This document shows, piece by piece, positions 58,916 to 64,000 of a stretch of DNA of 64,000 nt. The notes below the pieces were generated by a model, which searched no databases, was not told the DNA's origin, and was given only the letters and a program-made list of their open reading frames with translations. Origin of the DNA: an uncultured Candidatus Saccharibacteria bacterium. GTDB taxonomy: Bacteria > Patescibacteriota > Minisyncoccia > Phycocordibacterales > UBA918. The stretch lies in contig CAYGTV010000001.1 in NCBI GenBank assembly GCA_964353135.1, positions 309,497 to 373,496 of the forward strand, written 5' to 3'. The translations under genes were made by a program, and so were the position numbers. Each line of letters begins with the position of its first letter. Positions within the stretch are counted from its first letter, which is position 1.

Positions 58916-60448
58916 TTAACGAAGAATTGACTTTACATCACTGATTTCTTTCTCTATCAAGGTCTCTGATACTTCAAGAGCTTGAGTGAGACTTTCAACC
59001 GCCTCTTTTTCTTTAGCTGACATTCGTTTTCGTTTAGTTATGTGGTTGATTTGGTCATAGATTTCATCTCGGAGGGCCGAGAAAATCTTTTCCATTTGGT
59101 CCTGAATTTCGCGTGTCTCACGTCGAAGTTTTTCCTCTTTGTCCTTCAACACTCTCTTCTCGTACCAGATGTACACCAACATCAGAGCAATCAGTAATGA
59201 TAGGAAGAAGATGAGAATGTTAGTACCAGTGAAGAAATCCCAGAAACTACCTTCTTCGAGGTTCTCTACCGGCTTGGTCCAACCGGCAGTGATCAACACG
59301 GCCGCACTTGATTCACGAGTATTGCCGGCCATATCATGCGCAATGACACTCACAGTGTACGTTCCATCCTCTAACTCACCAAGTAGATAGCCAAGCGCAG
59401 CCTCGTCAGGGGTAACTGTAAATGGTTCCTTATCTGCAATAGTCATTTCATAGAAATCGATTCCTGACGTGACATCATTGGCTGCAAAATTGAGTAACGG
59501 AAAGGCGTTAGCAGATGACCCCGGGGTAACATTTATTTTGAATGGTTCTGGAGCTGTCGTGTCGATCTTTAGTTGTCGATTCAGTACGGCACCCCAGCCA
59601 ACCTGGTTCTCAAAGTTAATACTGATGTACTGTATTCCGTCGGACACATTTTCTGCAGTGATAGCAAACTCTTCACCTGGCGGTTCAACAATCGCATCAG
59701 GATTATCTTGCGGTACGTTTTCTGGATCGTCAGTCACTTCGACTGCTACTGCGGTTACATCAAATGGAAGTGTCCAGGTAAAAAATCCGTTAACTGCGTT
59801 ATACCAGACGGCAGGGTCAAGAAACACCTGCGAACCAATCTCGGGTGCCCGAGGTGGGTCACCAAAAATAATTGCTTCTTCACCGTTATTTCCACTTTCC
59901 TCGGGTTGCGGAGTTGGGGTCGGAGTGGGGGTTGGGGTTGGAGTAGGTGCTGTGGATGCTGCAACGGTGTAGGTTGCACCCGTTCCATTGTTGTAAACAT
60001 CCGTCCCACGGCCATCAGCAGCTAAAACAGATGCGCGTGTAAAGTTAACAGAACCATCGCCATCACCAACGGTTCTAAAAGTAACGGTAAGCAGGTTGGA
60101 CGTCGTAGTAAAAGGAGTGGGGCTTCCTCCACCAAAAGAAATGGTTCCAGCGGCATTTGAAAAGGTCGGTTCAGTGGTCCAAAGAGAGAAAACGGAACCA
60201 GTTTTACTGACACTTACTACAGCCAGGTTATCTGCATCAAAGCCAAGTGTGGCCTCAACTGCGTTCACGCTATCACTACCTGGAACCGCTCGTATGGTTG
60301 CTGTAAATGTCTGCCCAGCCGAGAAACTTCCAGTAGCCGGGGAAATGACTAGGTCAGCGGCGTAGGTATATGCAAATGAGCCGATAAACAACCCTGTAAC
60401 AACTAGGGCTTTTGTGAGGAACTGAAGGTACTGTTTGTGTGTAGTCAT
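58916..60448 (-). CDS. Cohesin-like, PT linker, Ig-like, TM and cytoplasmic coiled-coil anchor protein (paralogue of 21703-23481)
   Basis: VNAVEATLGFD...SVFSLWTTEP...FGGGSP...VLAADGRGT; PTPTPTPTPTPTP; AHDMAGN; IEKEISDV tail. Confidence 0.85.
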   Translation of the reverse strand: MTTHKQYLQFLTKALVVTGLFIGSFAYTYAADLVISPATGSFSAGQTFTATIRAVPGSDSVNAVEATLGFDADNLAVVSVSKTGSVFSLWTTEPTFSNAAGTISFGGGSPTPFTTTSNLLTVTFRTVGDGDGSVNFTRASVLAADGRGTDVYNNGTGATYTVAASTAPTPTPTPTPTPTPQPEESGNNGEEAIIFGDPPRAPEIGSQVFLDPAVWYNAVNGFFTWTLPFDVTAVAVEVTDDPENVPQDNPDAIVEPPGEEFAITAENVSDGIQYISINFENQVGWGAVLNRQLKIDTTAPEPFKINVTPGSSANAFPLLNFAANDVTSGIDFYEMTIADKEPFTVTPDEAALGYLLGELEDGTYTVSVIAHDMAGNTRESSAAVLITAGWTKPVENLEEGSFWDFFTGTNILIFFLSLLIALMLVYIWYEKRVLKDKEEKLRRETREIQDQMEKIFSALRDEIYDQINHITKRKRMSAKEKEAVESLTQALEVSETLIEKEISDVKSILR

Positions 60449-60450
60449 AA

Positions 60451-60942
60451 TTACGAACTTTTTCTACGTGATACTGGTTTTGATGTTGTCTTTCTTCCTC
60501 CTTTTATCTGCAACGTTACTTTCTCTTTTTCATTAGGTTTAAGTAGCGGGAGTATGAGTATGAGTACACCATTTTTTATTTTTGCATCAGCCTCTTGGAT
60601 ATTGACACTTTCGGGTAAGATTATCCGCCGGTAAAAATCACCCCACACGCACTCCTCGGCGACGTAGGAGCCGGCTACTTTTTTTCTTGGGAATGCTATA
60701 TATTCTGGACGGATTCGTTTACCTTCTATGAGTACAATATCGGCGTCACCTTCGATGGATACATGCACATCATTCATATCTGCCCCAGCAGACTGCGCGT
60801 ACACAACGATCATACGCTCGGTTTGATATACGTCTACGTGCAGTTGCGCAATCCTGTCTGCGGCCGTCTCTTCAGCTTCAGACAGTAGCCCCGAATCTTC
60901 GTTGCGAACACCTCGCGTTTTGAGTCTTTGGAGAAAGGCCAT
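60451..60942 (-). CDS. Hsp20/alpha-crystallin small heat-shock protein
   Basis: VDVYQT, ECVWGDFYRRIILP, AKIKNGVLILILP. Confidence 0.92.
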   Translation of the reverse strand: MAFLQRLKTRGVRNEDSGLLSEAEETAADRIAQLHVDVYQTERMIVVYAQSAGADMNDVHVSIEGDADIVLIEGKRIRPEYIAFPRKKVAGSYVAEECVWGDFYRRIILPESVNIQEADAKIKNGVLILILPLLKPNEKEKVTLQIKGGRKTTSKPVSRRKSS

Positions 60943-60992
60943 ACATTAATATTATACGTAGCTCAACTGTTAAAAACCATCATTACCCACAG

Positions 60993-62885
60993 CTACCCAG
61001 TCCAGTTAAATAACAAGATCGAAAAATCTGTCAAACTAACATTTCCATCTTGGTTAATGTCTGCTGGTGGATCTGAATCACCACCATTGGTCTGCCACCA
61101 AAACAGCATGATAGAAAAGTCGATCAGGTTGACAGAACCGTCTCGGTTCAAATCCGGTGCCAAGGGTGTGTCTGCATCTTGGCCAATACCATAAAACTCG
61201 TAGTCCGAGAATCCTGACTTTCGACCACCAGCTTGCTCAGCGTTTGCGCGCACACGGTATGTGTCGCGACCAAGACCAGCTGTGTTATATGTAACTCGCC
61301 ACTCGCCATCGCCATCAGAAAACGCAGTCAACACCTCTGTACCAGTGCCGTCAGCCCGACCGGTCTGGATATTCACCGTCGCATCAGGCAGTGCGTACCC
61401 AGAAAACGTAATGATTTCTCCCGGCTCTGCTGGGTTTGGCGACACTAAAATAGATGGGGCTATATTGATGTTAGATAGCCGTGAAGCTCTAGCTCCACTC
61501 ACTGTAAAAGAAGTGCTAAAGGTACTGGAACGCTCCCCTTCTAAGTCCTCTGCATACACACCAAACGTATAGGCTCCTCGAGCAATCTGATCAAGCAAGA
61601 CTGAATATGCACCATCATTATTAGCACTTCGGGTAGCAGCGATTTGTCCGTCAACCATAATGGTTACTCTCGCCCCCGGGTAGGCATACCCAGAAATTGT
61701 TACCTGACCATCACCACTTTCATATGGCCCGTCAGATGACTCAAATCCGCCACCGCTGGTATCACCGTTATCTCTACCACCACCACCACCACCTCCTCCT
61801 CCAGAACCACCGGAACCGCTAGTGCTTCCTTCAAGCGGTTCTTCTCCGTCAGAATCACCAGCCGTTCCTCCACCACCGGACCCTGAACCAGTACCACTAT
61901 CCCCAGATCCGGTTCCATCTCCACTGTTATCCCCCTCCTCGTTAGCTGTACCAGTTGGTGTGTCGTTTACCGTGAACTGAATTAGGTAGTCATCAATGTT
62001 AAAGTTTCCTTCATCATCGACGCAGCGTACATAATATGAAGCCACCGTACCAGGTGTAACAGCTACAATGGTTGAATGTTGCAAAAAACCAGTATTACTA
62101 AAGAAATTTGGTTGCGCTAAATAGTCAGTATCAGGGACGGTATCAAACCGACAGATTGCCAACTCGTCAGTTTCTAGTGAGATCTCTACATTTAGTGTCG
62201 TTCCACCTACCGTACTAGTTGGTGATCCGTTAAACCGAACTGGCGGAATTTCCTCCGTAGTGTCAACTGGACCAATGGTGACTTTTTCATTTATAAAAAT
62301 GACAAAATCTGTGTTCGCGACCAATACTCCATCGATGACTACTAAAGGTATCTCGTGCACACCAAGTGTGCCAGGATTGCTGACTGGCTCTATGTCTGCC
62401 GGGAGCGTTGTGGTTCCAGTAGTTGTGCTGAACTCAAAGCGTGTTCCAAATGAACCCGTCGTATGGTTCCCAACCCTCAGTTCTAGCTCACTCTCTGGTG
62501 CAATTGTCACATCCGGACCTAGTGCATACCGCACAGTTCCCCCGCTACCGCGGGTAATAGAAACTGCATCCACACCAACAGCAGTCGTAGTTCCAGCAGT
62601 CCTTGGGACCCCATCTATCCTCAGTTCAACATTGCGCTCAGAAAACGTGGAGGTAGCACTAGTAACAATGAAGTCAGCTGGGAATCGCACCTCCAGATAC
62701 GCCCCTGGATCAATTGTCACTTTGGGCGTAAAGCGCATCGTGTGGTTTGACTGCTCGTTGGGACCCGAATCACTAAGTGTATCGCTAAACTGACCAATAT
62801 TGATTGCTTGGGTTGTGTTCGGATACACATACCCCACAAACAAGACAACAAAACATATCAGCAGCCAGTTACGCAAAGCGGTCAT
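60993..62885 (-). CDS. Secreted protein with subunit-A-like N-domain, Gly linker, Ig-like domains and C-terminal dockerin
   Basis: FSDTLSDSGP...SNHTMRF resembles FSNTLTDSAP...SDHTIEF of 24604-25743; long Gly/Ser linker; DLNRDGSVNLIDFS / DINQDGNVSLTDFS. Start taken at MTALRNW, with TACAAT 6 nt upstream. Confidence 0.85.
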   Translation of the reverse strand: MTALRNWLLICFVVLFVGYVYPNTTQAINIGQFSDTLSDSGPNEQSNHTMRFTPKVTIDPGAYLEVRFPADFIVTSATSTFSERNVELRIDGVPRTAGTTTAVGVDAVSITRGSGGTVRYALGPDVTIAPESELELRVGNHTTGSFGTRFEFSTTTGTTTLPADIEPVSNPGTLGVHEIPLVVIDGVLVANTDFVIFINEKVTIGPVDTTEEIPPVRFNGSPTSTVGGTTLNVEISLETDELAICRFDTVPDTDYLAQPNFFSNTGFLQHSTIVAVTPGTVASYYVRCVDDEGNFNIDDYLIQFTVNDTPTGTANEEGDNSGDGTGSGDSGTGSGSGGGGTAGDSDGEEPLEGSTSGSGGSGGGGGGGGGRDNGDTSGGGFESSDGPYESGDGQVTISGYAYPGARVTIMVDGQIAATRSANNDGAYSVLLDQIARGAYTFGVYAEDLEGERSSTFSTSFTVSGARASRLSNINIAPSILVSPNPAEPGEIITFSGYALPDATVNIQTGRADGTGTEVLTAFSDGDGEWRVTYNTAGLGRDTYRVRANAEQAGGRKSGFSDYEFYGIGQDADTPLAPDLNRDGSVNLIDFSIMLFWWQTNGGDSDPPADINQDGNVSLTDFSILLFNWTG

Positions 62886-62934
62886 AGCACTATTGTACTG
62901 CACAGTCTGGATGTTTTTTGCTTGATTCCACGGT

Positions 62935-63345
62935 TTACACTGGGAGACCTTGTCGTTCTTTTGTACGGAGATAATCCAGCACGTAGTTAAGCACAAGCAA
63001 TATCAGCTGTATCAATAGGATTGCCGCCAACAGGTAGGTGGTTGCTTGGTTGCTAGACTGAGTCGAGCCTTGCGCCAGACCTAGTTCTATCTCTCTTTCA
63101 GCAACCACCTGTTCTCTTGACGCCAACAACTGCTGCTGCTTGGTTAGTTCGGCTGTGATTTGATTAATCTCGGTGGGACGAACTGACGCTGATGCCCCAA
63201 CTACTGTCGCGTAGAGACTATCAGTCGCTTCGGTAAACACCACCGCTGTCCGCTCATCAACCAAGCCACTTTGAAACACGAGAATACAAGCTGTTACTAC
63301 AACTGATACTCTCAGCACACTTCTGTACAATAACGACTGGTCCAT
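62935..63345 (-). CDS. Hypothetical two-TM protein with central coiled coil
   Basis: Hydrophobic ends; EINQITAELTKQQQLLASREQVVAEREIEL. Start taken at MDQSLL after TGgTATAAT. Confidence 0.7.
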   Translation of the reverse strand: MDQSLLYRSVLRVSVVVTACILVFQSGLVDERTAVVFTEATDSLYATVVGASASVRPTEINQITAELTKQQQLLASREQVVAEREIELGLAQGSTQSSNQATTYLLAAILLIQLILLVLNYVLDYLRTKERQGLPV

Positions 63346-63370
63346 GGTCCACTGATTATACCAAATATTT

Positions 63371-64000
63371 CTAGGCAAACAGAACTAGCATGACCAGCAT
63401 AAACAGAGCAAGTACAGTCAGTACAGCAACAACCAGTAGTAGTGTGTTTGACGAACTTGGCTGCCGTCGGCGGTTCAATCGGCGGCCGGTTGTCATTTGT
63501 GCCAAAGTTCGACGAATGTAAATCTTGACACCAATGATTGTAGACACCAGGAGCACTCCAAGGACTGCAGCGGCTGGACCAATGATGTTTAGTGGTAACA
63601 CCCAAAACGTAACAGTACTACTCATAGTTTTACGCGCGCCTTCCTCGCCATAGACAGGAGTCACTCTTGCCTCATATCGACCAAAACCAACACCATCGCC
63701 AAGCCAATTTACTTCACCAAACTCTCTTGTTTCACCAGGAAAGATGCCCGCCCGTTCTGCGTTAAAATTAATCGTGCCTACAGTCCGCCCAAGTGAGTTA
63801 GTGATCTCTAGCGGTCCAGTTGGTCGCACGAGCACATCCCCATTGTTTTCGATTCGCACATTGAAATCGACGTTTTGTGAACCATACAGGAACTTGCCGG
63901 TTGAGAACTGGCGAATGCTGGCTGACTCTTCACAATCCCCATTAATTCTGATACTGACAATGTTTGCGACTTGGTAACCTATCGCCGCTCCACTTCTTTC
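63371..64000 (-). CDS. DUF916/DUF3324-like membrane protein, 5'-truncated by the window edge
   Basis: The frame is open to base 64000 (...GAAIGYQVANIVSIRING...VRIENNGDVLVRPTG...GRYEARVTPVYG...FWVLP); two C-terminal TMs. Confidence 0.8.
   Translation of the reverse strand, partial: ERSGAAIGYQVANIVSIRINGDCEESASIRQFSTGKFLYGSQNVDFNVRIENNGDVLVRPTGPLEITNSLGRTVGTINFNAERAGIFPGETREFGEVNWLGDGVGFGRYEARVTPVYGEEGARKTMSSTVTFWVLPLNIIGPAAAVLGVLLVSTIIGVKIYIRRTLAQMTTGRRLNRRRQPSSSNTLLLVVAVLTVLALFMLVMLVLFA

Noticed and set aside
59910-59949. G-rich tandem tract as a phase-variable or G-quadruplex element
   Set aside because: It is explained by the Pro-Thr linker codons with varied third positions; the same holds for the cca/cct tracts encoding Gly linkers at ~27080-27130 and ~61770-61920
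20256-62885. True cellulosome
   Set aside because: Cohesins are single-copy per protein, and no glycoside hydrolase or CBM3 is recognisable on any dockerin protein
170-63977. Numerous plus-strand and short alternative-frame ORFs in the track
   Set aside because: They are shadows of long minus-strand genes, with no recognisable motifs or independent signals
1-64000. CRISPR array, tRNA/rRNA, IS/transposase, prophage or DGR
   Set aside because: No regularly spaced repeats, cloverleafs, transposase, integrase, reverse transcriptase or phage structural genes were seen. The 115-bp repeat has no adenine-specific mismatches of the DGR TR/VR type.

Overview
A 64 kb window with about 30 genes, all on the minus strand, in genetic code 11. 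Gene content and protein style suggest a Patescibacteria/CPR (Parcubacteria-like) genome; this is inference. A short housekeeping block (tgt, FKBP PPIase, AI-2E transporter, Cys-less TlpA-like protein) sits at about 5.5-9.7 kb. To its left are two adhesin-like surface proteins. From 9.7 kb to the window end is one large cell-surface assembly locus. It encodes four cohesin-like proteins (three membrane-anchored), three dockerin-bearing proteins and four membrane-anchored DUF916/DUF3324 (WxL-interacting)-like proteins. It also encodes two small secreted subunits, each sharing its C-terminal WxL/pilin-like domain with a giant protein (2047 aa and 8058 aa), plus a MacB-type ABC transporter, an FN3 protein, a beta-propeller protein and Hsp20. 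The best hypothesis is two parallel usher-less, sortase-less fibre systems (major subunit, giant tip adhesin, chaperone-like protein, dockerin adaptor) tethered to the membrane by non-cellulosomal cohesin-dockerin pairs. The 8058-aa protein is built by nested insertion of DUF2341-LamG modules into loops of a backbone. No rRNA, tRNA, CRISPR array or transposase was seen. All domain names come from motif recognition by eye, not database searches.
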